In this document: positions 51,639 to 63,120 of the stretch, piece after piece
How positions within the stretch are numbered: position 1 is the first letter of the stretch
How the letters are laid out: each line of letters opens with the position of its first letter
NCBI GenBank assembly: GCA_038087875.1
Contig: CM075988.1
Coordinates: forward strand, 24,678,001-24,742,000
Source: Malacoraja senta
Taxonomy: Eukaryota
Reading direction: 5' to 3'
DNA: 64,000 bases
The notes under the pieces: model-generated
What the model saw: only the letters and a program-made list of their open reading frames with translations
The model's database searches: none
Told to the model about the DNA's origin: nothing
Program-made: the position numbers and the translations under genes

Positions 51639-52635
51639 CATGTCAGCATCATTGGATGAGGGGGGGGGGGGGGGGGCAAGTGTGGACTGAAAGATGTCTA
51701 CACGTTGGGGGGAATGCAGATAATTACTTGAACCGTCTCAGAGATGCTTGTCCAGTTATGCTGAGAGACAACAGAAGCTGGGATTGTTTCCCTTACAGTT
51801 TTGAAGGTTGAGAAGCGATTTAATGCAGATATTCAGTCATGAAGAATTTTGGTGACTGCATGGGATGAAATTGTTTCAGCAGTAAGAAAGTCGTAACTTG
51901 GCAGTTACATCATGATAAAGAGATGAAAACATATTTTTATTTATATCCATTGTTATGGATCGAAAGCAGAGTCACCAATTTATTAAATACAATACTTGGT
52001 GAGGACAATGATGCAGTGCTGCCGGGATAGAAACGTGTCAATTAAACAATTATTTTGAAGAGCCAGCAGAGGTACAATGGGCTGGTTCCACTATTTTTTA
52101 CTGAATGTGTAGTTTGATTGTCAGTATAGTCTTTTTTTTTTATCATCCCTACTTATCAAGTTGCCATCTTTCCTTATTTTAATCTTCCCAGAGGGATAAA
52201 GTAGTTCTGTGTTTCTTTCTTGAGAGTAGACGCGGCATTAATAGTAAGAGAGACAGATTACGGGTCAGTTTATGAAAAGTTGGTGAAAGCTAGGCACTTA
52301 ATCTTGCATTTATTATTCTGGAGCCTTTTTTTTAATATACTAAGCAATCCAATAAGAAGGCCTTTTTACCTCTACTAGGTCTCATCAATCAAAATCTGGG
52401 AGCAAACCCAAAGAAAACGTGTGGCTGAGGACCTGCTCCCCTGATAGTAGGAGAGCCTTCCTGGCCTCACTTTAATAATTGAGCTGAAGATGCACGTCAC
52501 TTCTCTCTCTCGAGAAGAGCTGAGTCTTGTGGTTTAGCTACCCACTTCCCACCCCAAGAATATGTTTATTAAGAGGTTACACTCCTGAGCCAAAGTAAAT
52601 ATCAGACCTTATAATGTTCGAGATCACAGCAGATC

Positions 52636-53620
52636 ACACCATTGCTCTTCCTACTGTAGATCAATGACATTCCAAATGCAGTTTCATCCAGAGTTCGACT
52701 CTTCGCAGATGATGCCATAATTTATAGAGAGATTAAAACACCAGAAGACAGCTTGTCCTTACAGAAGGATCTGGATGCTCTCTGTGAGTGGGGAAAAACC
52801 TGGCAGATGTCATTCAATACAGCCAAATGTCATACCATGCATGTCTCACACAAGATTAAACCACTTTTATCGGAATGCAACATGGATAGCCATACATTGC
52901 TTGCTGTCGACCATCACCCATATCTAGGAGTCGAATTAAGCAAAGATTTAAGTTGGGCGATGCATATTAGTCAAGTGTCCAACAAAACAAATAGAACTCT
53001 CAGCCTACTCAAAATAAATGTTCACGCATGTAGTACATCCGTCAAAGAGAATGCCTACAAGTCCTTGGTCAGGTCCAAATTGGAGTATTGTGGAGCCGTA
53101 TGGGATCCTTTCAACAACAACAACAAGATCACCCTGGAGAAAGAACAACGCCGAGCAGCCCGCTTTGTATGTAATGACTACAAGCGCAAATCAAGCGTGA
53201 ATAATATGCTGACCTCTCGGATGGGATACCCTAGATCTCCGCAGAATCAGGCTGAGACTTATTGCAATTTACAAGGAGATTCACAAAATCACGCCATCAA
53301 ATCTCCCGTCATCCCAGAGCACCATCTGCCATGAAACAAGACAAAATAACCGTCCCTACATCATCAACCCGCTAAATTTCAATGAACTTTGCTACCAATA
53401 TTCCCTTTACCCAAGGACGATAAGGGAATGGAATATGCTACCACCCAACACAAGTGCTGGTGTTAAGTCATTTAAAAAGGGGATTGAGCAACTAGATCTC
53501 CTCAACTTGGTCAAAAAGGCCCACTTCAAAATGTAATCACTACTCTACTCATTCCGACCTGCGCGAGATAACCACTGATGAGGTGTTTGCGCAGTAATCA
53601 ACCAGAACCAGAACCAGGAA
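52636..53620 (+). mobile_element. CR1-group LINE 3' fragment, distinct from the dominant CR1 family
   Basis: Peptides RLFADDAIIYR, LQKDLDALCEW..WQMSFNTAKC, YLGV, LVRSKLEYCGAVWDP, QRRAARFV; (ccagaa)n tail. Confidence 0.8.
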
Positions 53621-55078
53621 GACAAACAGCAAACATAATGAAGTGTTTGAATTGGAAGCATAGGTGCTACCATCATGTGAATTACTTAAGGGATGGATTG
53701 AAAACATTGTGAAACTGGTTCTGCCGGCTATGTGATTGGTTCTTCTTCCTTGTGTCTGGCCATCTTCCATATCACGTCTTTCCGGTCGGTCAGTGACGGT
53801 TGACGGTCGGTGGTTGCAGAATTGGCTACTTCAGTCATTCACTGTGGTACAGTTTCTGTCGTCAGCATTGCCCGGAATGCACCACGCGGAGGCTTCTGCT
53901 TGCATCCCATTTGATTGGTAAATGCACAATTCATTCTTCCACGGAGCCAGTCAAACTATGAAATACCTAGTCACATTTTAGTCACATTAACTGATTGCAA
54001 TGATAGCCATATATTTATAAAAACATCTTTCTTAGTCACAGAATATTCCAGTGTTTTAAAGCCAATTAAGTGCTTGAATCATTCTAGTTGTTGTATTGTA
54101 GGAACCGTGATAGTATATTTGTATACAGGAAGCTCAATACAAGACCATGTCCTTTCAATATTTCCTATCGTTACAATCCATCAGGACAATGAACAGAAGC
54201 CAATAATCAGTATAATTGTAAAAAGGCTCTGAGATGGACCATGGCACCTGAACCATCTCCCTGGCTTTAGTTTAAGTCTTGGTTGACATAGCACTGTGCA
54301 CGAGTCAGAAACGTGGGCAGTGTTGAAGAGGTGAGTGAATGCAACACTGCCAGACATGTCATGTTGCCGATGAAATATGAAACTGAGACCTTACTTCCAT
54401 CTCTGGTATTTGTGATGAATGATCAAATCATTCGATGTTAGATCAGGGATAAATCAGATTACCAGATGAACCTCCCCTATACTTCAACAATCTTTAATGT
54501 CCACTTGGGTGGCTGGCTTCAGTTTAATGGCAGAGTTATGAAAATCTGGGATGTGCAAGGGACCAGAATTGAAGGGCTGGAAGTGATTACAGAGATCAAG
54601 GGAGGTAATGGCCCTGGAGGGATTTGGATATGAAGTTAAGAATTAATAATTGTGCGAATTACTTTATTTCATTTAAACTAAATGTTTCTCTGCTCGCATT
54701 TCACTGCTGAGATTGGACCAATTTGTGCACATATTGTATACCTTAGTATACACCAGCGATGACTTCTTGATCAATCGGTGACCATTTGGACATTGGACAA
54801 TGTATGGTGAGATTGTGTTCCAATCTTACCACACATCTTCATAATTATTGACAGGAATCGGATTTTACATGTGCAGCCCATGACCTGTGTTTTCAATCAC
54901 AAAACTACAAGTAACAAATCCCCTGCTAGATTGCCAGAGAAACATGAATTGAAGGATGCCGATGTGACATTAATGTATTGCTCTCTGCATTAGCCGGCCT
55001 CTCAATTGTTATTGCGTGCATATTTCAAACAACACTTCTGGGTGTCCCATTATATATTGCAGCACGAATATATTGCAG

Positions 55079-55458
55079 TCTGATGAAGGGTCTCGACCCA
55101 AAACGTCAACCATTCCTTCCCTCCAGAGATGCTGCCTGTCCCGCTGAGTTACTCCAGCATTTTGTGTCTACCCTCGATTTAAACCAGCATCTGCAGTTCT
55201 TTCCTGCATATATTGCAGCATTTCTACATAATGGTCAGCAGAGATAAATGCTGCATTCTCTGCCATTGGGAGGTGGGGGGGAGTACCACCACTTTGTAGT
55301 GATGCAAACGACTCACGGCACAGGGTGTGCATTGGATAGATGGTTACTTGGTCTGAGGAAAGGTCGGAAGAAGGGTCTCGACCCGAAATGCCACCCATTC
55401 CTTCTCTCCAGAGATGCTGCCTGTCCCGCTGAGTTGCTCCTACATTTTGTGTCTATCT
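55079..55458 (+). mobile_element. Two Penelope-like mini-inserts (55079-55207 and 55350-55458)
   Basis: TSDs atatattgcag and tagatggttactt (55337-55349 and 55459-55471). The first has the canonical CTGATGA core. Confidence 0.8.
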
Positions 55459-56295
55459 TAGATGGTTACTTCGAACGGTTGAGATGACCAGACACACTGG
55501 AGACATGCATCTCCCCTCTGCTGCATTTTCTCTCATTTCCATGGCAGTCTTTCCTGTGGCTACCGAGTGAAAACTCCTTCAAGCTCTGACTGCATTCCTT
55601 TGCGCCACAGCAGCAATTAAATTAGCAGCTGCGATCTTTCCAAGCAACTGCGCAGATAATTTTTTTAACACATAAATCAGGTGAAAACTACCCTAATTAC
55701 TTTTTTTGTAAAATATTCCCTCCCCCCCCCCCCCCCCACACCAAAATTGGGCATTAACACTACATGCAGCACCTGTTTAGCACTGTAATAATGGTGAACT
55801 TTAAATTCTAAGCATAGATCTTCCTCAATCCATTCTTTTGCCAGTAGGTATAAATGCTTCGAAATTGGAAATGATAAACACAGTCAGATGTTACACCTTT
55901 AAGAAGTGATTTTTTGTGATTGTAGACAATATCTGTGATTGCAGGTAATATCATTAGGTGTTCAGATGTGCGATGGTGAATGATGCCGGAAGTGGCCGAG
56001 CCAATTTCCCCATGGTCAATAATCGATCTCCAAATAAATCACAAGCAAATTCTAATACACGCAAAATGCCCTTTATAGTCAACTTGAGCATGAAAACCAT
56101 GTAAGTAGTTCAATTTCGAGGCAAAAGTCTTGAACATTTTGGAGGTTGGAACAATGGGACAAGAAAAGGCCATTCAGCCCCTCAAGCCTGTTCTGCCATT
56201 GTATAAACTATACATTTCCAAAATAAATCCTCTGAAAGGTATTCCAGCAGCAAATTGTTCATTTATTTAGAGTAACACTTCAATAACCAGACTAA

Positions 56296-56571
56296 AGTGA
56301 GGACCACCATAAATTGGAGGAGCAGCACCTCATATTTCGCTTGGGCAGTTTGCACCCCAGCGGTATGAACATTGACTTCCCTAATTTCAGTCCTTACTTT
56401 CGCCTCCCCTTCTCAGCTCTCCCTCAGCCCACTGGCTCCACCTCTTCCTTTCTTCTTCCTGCCCTCACATCAGTCTGAAGAAGAGTTTCGGCCCGAAACG
56501 TTGCCTATTTCCTTCGCTCCATAAATGCTGCCTCACCCGCTAAGTTTCTCCAGCACTTTTGTCTACCTTCT
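56296..56571 (+). mobile_element. Penelope-like (Neptune-type) 3' fragment
   Basis: Encodes SEDHHKLEEQHLIFRLGSLHPSGMNIDFPNF, then UTR and hammerhead motif; 14-bp TSD aataaccagactaa (56282-56295 and 56572-56585). Confidence 0.85.
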
Positions 56572-59177
56572 AATAACCAGACTAAGTTGTTGACGACTGA
56601 TCCAAATACAATGTTTAAAAGGCGTTTGGACAGGTACTAGGAAAGGAAATGTTTAGAGGTGTATGGGCCTAATGCAGGCAAATACGATTGGCACAGATAG
56701 GCATCGTAGTTAGTGTGGTCAAAGTGGGCCAAAAGGACCTGTTTCTGCGCTATACCTCTTTGATTCTGATTTACGCTGCATACTGGTAAAACCAAAATCA
56801 CAGGCAGTTAATACCAATGACCACAAGAGGACAACAAAGCCTGGGACTTAGCATTCCCTAGTTCTTATGGAGAAAAGACAGTGAGGTCGAAATTTGATAA
56901 TGCAGTTTTATTTTTTTCCAGTGGATCAAACCCAATTTTGTGTGATTTCAAATGCGATTTGCAATTGTACTTTTATGGCCTGCCTTGTTCTACCTGTAAA
57001 GACTAAATCATGTGATTCCAAATGTATATGAAATGTGCAGAGTATACAGCTATAATATCAATCCCTGCCACGTGAGGCCACATTTCTGCAGCTAACACGT
57101 AGTGTGGGCCATTGCACAGGAAATCAGGTCTGAACAACAGGAAAAAGCTTTGCAACTGCACTATTTAAAGCAAGCTTAATTGCTAGCAGGTTTGTTGGCA
57201 AATCAGTTGGTGGAGAGCTCACTGTGCTCAACTGAGGATATATTTTTCATAATGGATCAAGTTTGCTTTAAATTTTGGATTACTGTGGAAGCTAAAGTGT
57301 ACTTACTGCCTGAGCAAGAGTAAGGGGGGGGGGGGCATGGGAAAGGAAGTGGGGGGAGAAGGGCTTCAGTGGTGGTGAAGCTCACAGTTGCCCTGGACCT
57401 CTTGTTATTCAATGCTGCAACCAAGCAGGTTACTGTTGACCCATGCAATCACATTTGGATGTCACTTTCTTTGTGAATGACACTCTGTTTGAGATGAAGG
57501 GTGTTAGCAATAAGAAATGGACCCTGATTATTTCAACATCCTGTCAGCATGATGTTCTTGGCTGATCAGCTATCTTGTGGTTGAGACTTTTGCCTCAGTT
57601 GGGTGGTGTATTATCCCCATGTTCACCCATCTTGGCTAGAAAGGGAGCTGACACATGAGACATCATGTGACCAGTTGGTTAATAACTCTTTCCTTAAACC
57701 TCATGTATCAAGCAAAAACTGACATGGAAACTAATGATTCAGAATACCAATCTACGCGCCAGACAAGAGCCAGTTGAATCACATACCTTTTTCTGATGAT
57801 AAAAAGGACTGGGAGAACATTATTGAAAGTGGCTAAATTATCTCCTCCAACTAACTCAGTTTACTTCATGAATTTCAACTGACCTGGTCCACAGAAGGTG
57901 AAATGTTCCTTGATGAAGTACTTGTATGGGATAATCAATACTGATTGTTATACGCGAACAAGGCAGATCTGGATCTTATCCCTTTGAATCTTAGTCAAAT
58001 CCTTTAAATCCATAAAATAGGAACTGAACCCACAGAAAATCCAATTTTACTAAAAGGAGTGGAGCATTGTTGAAAAAGCTGTTTTTGGAAGATTTGTTAA
58101 ACCAGTTGCACTCAAGAGGATTTAAAAATCCCAAAACTGGAGAATTTCTTCCTAAGTCCTGGTCAATACTCATCCATCAAGTAATATAATAAAATAATTG
58201 AAATAATAATGCAAAATGCTGGAAACACTCAATGGGTCAGGCTCAACTAACTATTTCCAGCAATTTGAGCTATTATTTCAATATAATATCAGGCTGCTTC
58301 ACACACAGCTGTCCTTGGGGGTTTACTGTGCACCCATAGCCTGCTATGTTTTCTCTATTCTAACAGTGAATGAGTACTTCAGTCACTTGCAGAAAGCAGG
58401 GCATGGGTTTGTGGAGGGACATTTTGAGAGGCAGTCTAGTTTTTATTGGAGCTTCTTTAAACTTCTCACTTGCATTTATCTGGCAGAGAGTTCTGCTGAC
58501 AGAAATGACACCCCATTGGGATATAGTTATAGGCGCATGCCTTTATAGTTATGGGTGCTCTTGGTGACAACTAAAATGGTGGCCTGTGGATTCCAATAGG
58601 TGAGGTTTGGAAAGGTGGAAAGCTTCAACTTGCAGAGTCCAGCCCGACTCTTGCCAAATGGTGTTGATTAAAGTTAGCCTCCAGGACTGATGACAGCTGA
58701 TTTTCCTCTCCCTATTTCAATGGTCCTGGGACTAATTACAGCAGCCAATTTGCCTCCACGAAGGATCAACCACAATGAGGCGTGGTTCTTACCTCGTCAG
58801 AACAGCAGCCCCCGTTCAATGCCGATTAGTAACAGAATCAATTCCCCATTATATATCTCCACCTACTGAGACTCTCAAAATACTCTTATCCCAAAGCCTG
58901 CGAGCTAAAAAGTTGCGCTTCCAGACAGTACTTCATTCCTTGACTGATTCTTTTCAAATATATATGTACCAGAATAGACAATCTTTCCAATATTCTCTGT
59001 GAAAAATAATTTATTAATATCATTAAAATGAGAAAGATAACTAAAGAGACTGCTGTACATTGCTTCAATATGTTCCTCAGTATCTAAGTATGAAGTGTAT
59101 AATTATATGATTGCTTGATACCTTTTCAACAAATGGCATCATACATCTTAGAACAGGTCATAACGTTAGACTAGCAA

Positions 59178-59495
59178 GGGGGTTGGTTGAGTATCCAAGC
59201 CGGTTCGAATCCCGCTTGGAGTGCATACTGTCGTTGTGTCCTTGGGCAAGACACTTCACCCACCTTTGCCTGCGTGTGAATGTGTGTGAATGTGTGTGAG
59301 TGATTGGTGGTGGTCGGAGGGGCCGTAGGCGCAAATTAGCAGCCACGCTTCTGTCAGTCTGCCCCAGGGCAGCTGTGGCTACAGAAGTAGCTTACCACCA
59401 CTGAGTGTGACTGAGGAGTGAATGAATAATGCGATGTAAAGCGCCTTGAGTATTAGAAAGGCGCTATATAAATCCCATCCATTATTATCATTATT
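59178..59495 (+). mobile_element. CORE-SINE with L2-type tail (AFC-like)
   Basis: B box ggttcgaatccc, CORE gtgtccttgggcaagacactt, L2-type tail tgtaaagcgccttgag..gcgctatataaatcc and (att)n. Confidence 0.8.
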
Positions 59496-59557
59496 GTAGT
59501 ATCTGATCCTGAGAAGCATGGACCCACCTCTATCAATAGTAAATCGAGCCTATTTTT

Positions 59558-59816
59558 TGGGTTCGATCCCGACCACAGGTGCTGTCTGTACGGAGTTTGT
59601 ACGTTCTCCCCATGACCGAGTGGGATTTCTCCAAGATCTTCGGTTTCCTCCCACACTCCAAATTCATACAGGTTTGCAGGTTAATTGGCTTGGTATAAGT
59701 GAAAATTGTCCCTATTGTGTGCAGGATAGATTTAATGTGTGGGGATCGCTGGTCGGTGCGGACCCGGTGGGCCGAAGGGCCCGTTTCCACGCTGGGTCTC
59801 TAAACTAAAGTAAACT
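59558..59816 (+). mobile_element. HE1-like V-SINE
   Basis: gggttcgatccc, V domain gagtttgtacgttctcccc, (ctaaa)n tail. Confidence 0.8.
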
Positions 59817-59869
59817 ACGTTAGAATATGTTTTTGCTCAGACTGTTCTATGTACAACTCCCAGTCCAAC

Positions 59870-60092
59870 ATGTGGAGGAAGAACTTCAGATGCTGGTTTA
59901 CACCAAAGATAGACACAAAATGCTGGAGTAACTCAGCAGGTGAGGCAGCATCTATGGAGAGAAGGAATTGGCAACGTTTCGGATTGAGGGTCTGAAGAAG
60001 GGTCTCGACCCGAAACGTCGCCAATTCCTTCTCTCCATAGATGCTGCCTCACCCGCTGAGTTACCCCAGCATTTTGTGTCTACCTTCGATTT
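59870..60092. mobile_element. Inverted Penelope-like insert with intact hammerhead motif
   Basis: Inverted arms; ctgaagaagggtctcgacccgaaacgtc at 59992-60019. Confidence 0.8.
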
Positions 60093-60273
60093 TATAAGAC
60101 ATCAGTCGGGTTACCCTCCAATCTTCTTATTTCTAGGACAGCTTACTTGGAAATGCAAACCACCATCAAATTCACCACCGTCATAATTATTCCAATTTAG
60201 TCAAAGATCATCAATCCCTCACATTACAAGATTAAAACCCAGGAAATATCTTCTAAGCAACAATGTGGGAGGC

Positions 60274-60432
60274 ACATTTCCTACACTTTCACTTTTTCCT
60301 TCACTTTCTTCTTTCTTTCAATCTTTTCCTTTTCTAGTGTAAAAAATAAATGGAGTACATTAATTGTAAGAAGATATAAATGACAAGTACTAATGTATGT
60401 GGTTGTAATGTAATGTACTTCTAATAAAATAC

Positions 60433-60466
<34 letters not shown>
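60274..60466 (+). mobile_element. Poly(A)-tailed retro-insertion (L1/Tx1-type 3' end)
   Basis: aataaa followed by a ~29-nt A tail; 15-bp TSD aacaatgtgggaggc. Confidence 0.75.
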
Positions 60467-60467
<1 letters not shown>

Positions 60468-61062
60468 CAATGTGGGAGGCTTCATGGTGCAGTCTGCAGA
60501 AGAAGGCTCCACACTACCTTCTCATTGGTAATTGGGGACAGGCAATAAATATCATCCTCATCAATGATACCCATAACCTAATGAAATTATTCTGAATGTC
60601 ACATTACAGTTTTCTAACATTGTGACAGCTTTGATAGGATAGAGCCCTCAAATGCCAGTGATATGCTGGGGTATTATTTCTTTATGAATATATTTAGGAT
60701 ACCATGGGGAGAAATCTATGTTTGATGGCTAGTTCTAACTGTCTGCCAGTAGTACTCATTCCCACATATTCAGATCCCCTGAACATAGGCATGTTTCTCC
60801 ACCTATATTTCAAATAATTATACTGAGAAAAACACTATATCTTTTGCTTGTGAGTTTCAGTTGAAAGGGAGTGTTCCACATGTAAGAAAAAAAACATTTT
60901 AAAAATAATTAAAACATCTTACATTTATATCAACTCGTTCATACCCTCTCAGGACATCTCAGAGCTTCTTATAACAATGTAAATAATTACTTTGAGCATA
61001 CCCAAGGCTTGCAAACAGCAATGAGATAAATTACCAGGTAACCTTTGCTACCTGTTGCTTTA

Positions 61063-61849
61063 ATCTGCGAGTTTAGAAGAGTTTGCCCTCGACTCAAACT
61101 CGCAGCATGGTTGACACGGAGGTCCTATGATGTCACTGGAACTCTCCTTCATGCTCAAGGGAAGTTCCCGCATACTCGCGGCCTCAGCTAGGTCGCGGAA
61201 AATATTTCAGCATGATGAAAAATTTTCCGCGAGTAAAAATTGTTCGGCATGGTTCTTTTGAACTCGTAGTGCAGTGGTGTGAGGTCGCTATGTAGTTACA
61301 GGCAGTCGAGGGCAGCCGTAGGCAATCTCCTTCACTGACCGGGCATTTTAATTGGATCATTGGCGTTTTCAGGACCAAGGAAAACTGGCTTGGTAAAATG
61401 CCCGCTAAAGTAGGTAAAATGCCCGCTAAACTTTATTATACTTAAAAGTGTCTCCACTCCTACTCCCCCTCTTCTCTCCCCTTCTCTACCCTACTCCCCC
61501 CTTCTCTCTCCTTCACTCCCCCTCTCTCCCCTTCTCTCCCTTTCTCTACCCCCCCCCCCCCCGCGCTCTCTAAAGGACTTACTGTACACTGTGCAGCCGT
61601 CTTTAACCTTCTCTTCATCGCGGGTGTGAATTTCAGACAGCGCTTCCCCGCTTTCCCTGGCCCCTGCCTTTGCGATGTGTTTGTGTGTGTGTGTGCGGTC
61701 GGTCGATCCAGCTCGCACTTTCATCGCGGACGGTCGATCCAGCTCGAGGTTTTTCAGGCGAGTGCGCTCGAGCTTGAAGGTCGAAGACACTCTTCTGAAC
61801 TCGCACATTAGGTCGCCACAGTGGGACAGCCCCTTTAAGGGGCTGTCCC
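61063..61849. mobile_element. Longer Harbinger-type non-autonomous element; left TIR missing, TIR-TTA-TIR junction at right
   Basis: Interior related to 12449-12676 (gagtttgccct, ctcgcagcatgg, gcatgatgaaaa). Ends GTGGGACAGCCCCT-TTA-AGGGGCTGTCCC. Confidence 0.7.
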
Positions 61850-62142
61850 TGGATGAAAAGTCCCTGGATGAAAAGCTAAGCTTACATTTTGGCAGTCAAG
61901 CAGTGTCTCAATAGAATTAAAATTGTTACTAATCAGAAAATATCACACACGAACTTTACACAACATTAACGTGAATAAACAATCCAATTAGTGCATTTTA
62001 ATTATTACATATGCCACTAATCATGATAAAAGGACTTACAGCAATTTCAAAATTAGAACAAAAATTAAAAATCTAAATATTGACATAAGTATCGACGGCT
62101 ACAGGGAGAGCTCTATCATGGGAAAGAACATGTATAAGTACA

Positions 62143-62277
62143 TGTGTAGGAAGGAACTGCAGATGCTGGTTAAAACCAAAGCTAGACACAAAAAAGCTGG
62201 AGTAACTCAGCGGGTGAGGCAGCATCCCTGGAGAAAAGGAATAGGTGACATTTCGGATTGAAGCTCTTCTTCAGATC
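62143..62277 (-). mobile_element. Penelope-like mini-insert
   Basis: Antisense unit ending at cttcttcaga, the 5' edge of the hammerhead motif. Confidence 0.7.
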
Positions 62278-62974
62278 TGACGGTCACTTATTGGAGAAGG
62301 TCACTTATATAGGCTTCTCATGTCACCAGGCTAACTCTGATCGGATAAGAGCAGTTGAAAGAGTTATGACCGCATTGGAAAGACATAGTCCACCTGAATA
62401 TGATGTGACTATATTTATGAAAGCTGTGGAAAAATTAAGAATTCATACACTAGCTTCTTGGGGCACAAAGCTAATACATCTTGCATCAAATGCTAAGCGA
62501 ATTTACTGTGAATCCAGATCCAATGCAGTTAAAGTTTAGGTAGAGGAAGAGGTAAGCGATCCCTTGGTGATTTAGAGTATTAGTCTATATGACACAGAAC
62601 AAGTAGGCAACATGCAGATTAAATTTCTCCATTCTCACTTTAAACCCATGCCCTCTAGTTCTAGACTTCCCTGCCCTTGGAAAAATATTCTGACTACATA
62701 AGAAGGTAGAAATTAGCCATCCTTTTATTTCAGTACAACTATCACATTGAATACAGATCTTACAGCGAAATGCTATAGTACTTTATGAAAAGCCATGAAG
62801 AGTATAGAGAACAAGCTTATGTTCCTCAGGTGATAGAATAGTCACTGTAGACACTGCAGAAAATACCTGGAACCACACAAAAAGCTTGGTTGGAAACAAA
62901 TGTACAAATACACATTACGTAGATGGACAGGTTCGGACTTGGGTCTGAATAATGGCATGAAACTATTTTATTGA

Positions 62975-63120
62975 AGATGATATTCTTGATTAGGAAGGGG
63001 ATCAAAGGTAACTGGGAGAAGGCAGGAGAATTGGGTTGAGAAGGAAACAGATCAGCCATGAGTGAATAGTGGAGTAGACTCGATGGGTTGAATGGGCTAA
63101 TTCTGCTCCTATGCCTTATA
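62975..63120 (+). mobile_element. CR1 LINE 3' end
   Basis: gggatcaaagg..gagaaggcagga..gatcagccatga..aattctgctcctatg, as in the other CR1 tails. Confidence 0.7.

Noticed and set aside
53570..53600. CTGATGAG as a hammerhead core
   Set aside because: No downstream stem II and GAAA; part of the LINE 3' hairpin.
59195..59225. tRNA gene
   Set aside because: Only a B box, followed directly by SINE CORE sequence; no cloverleaf.
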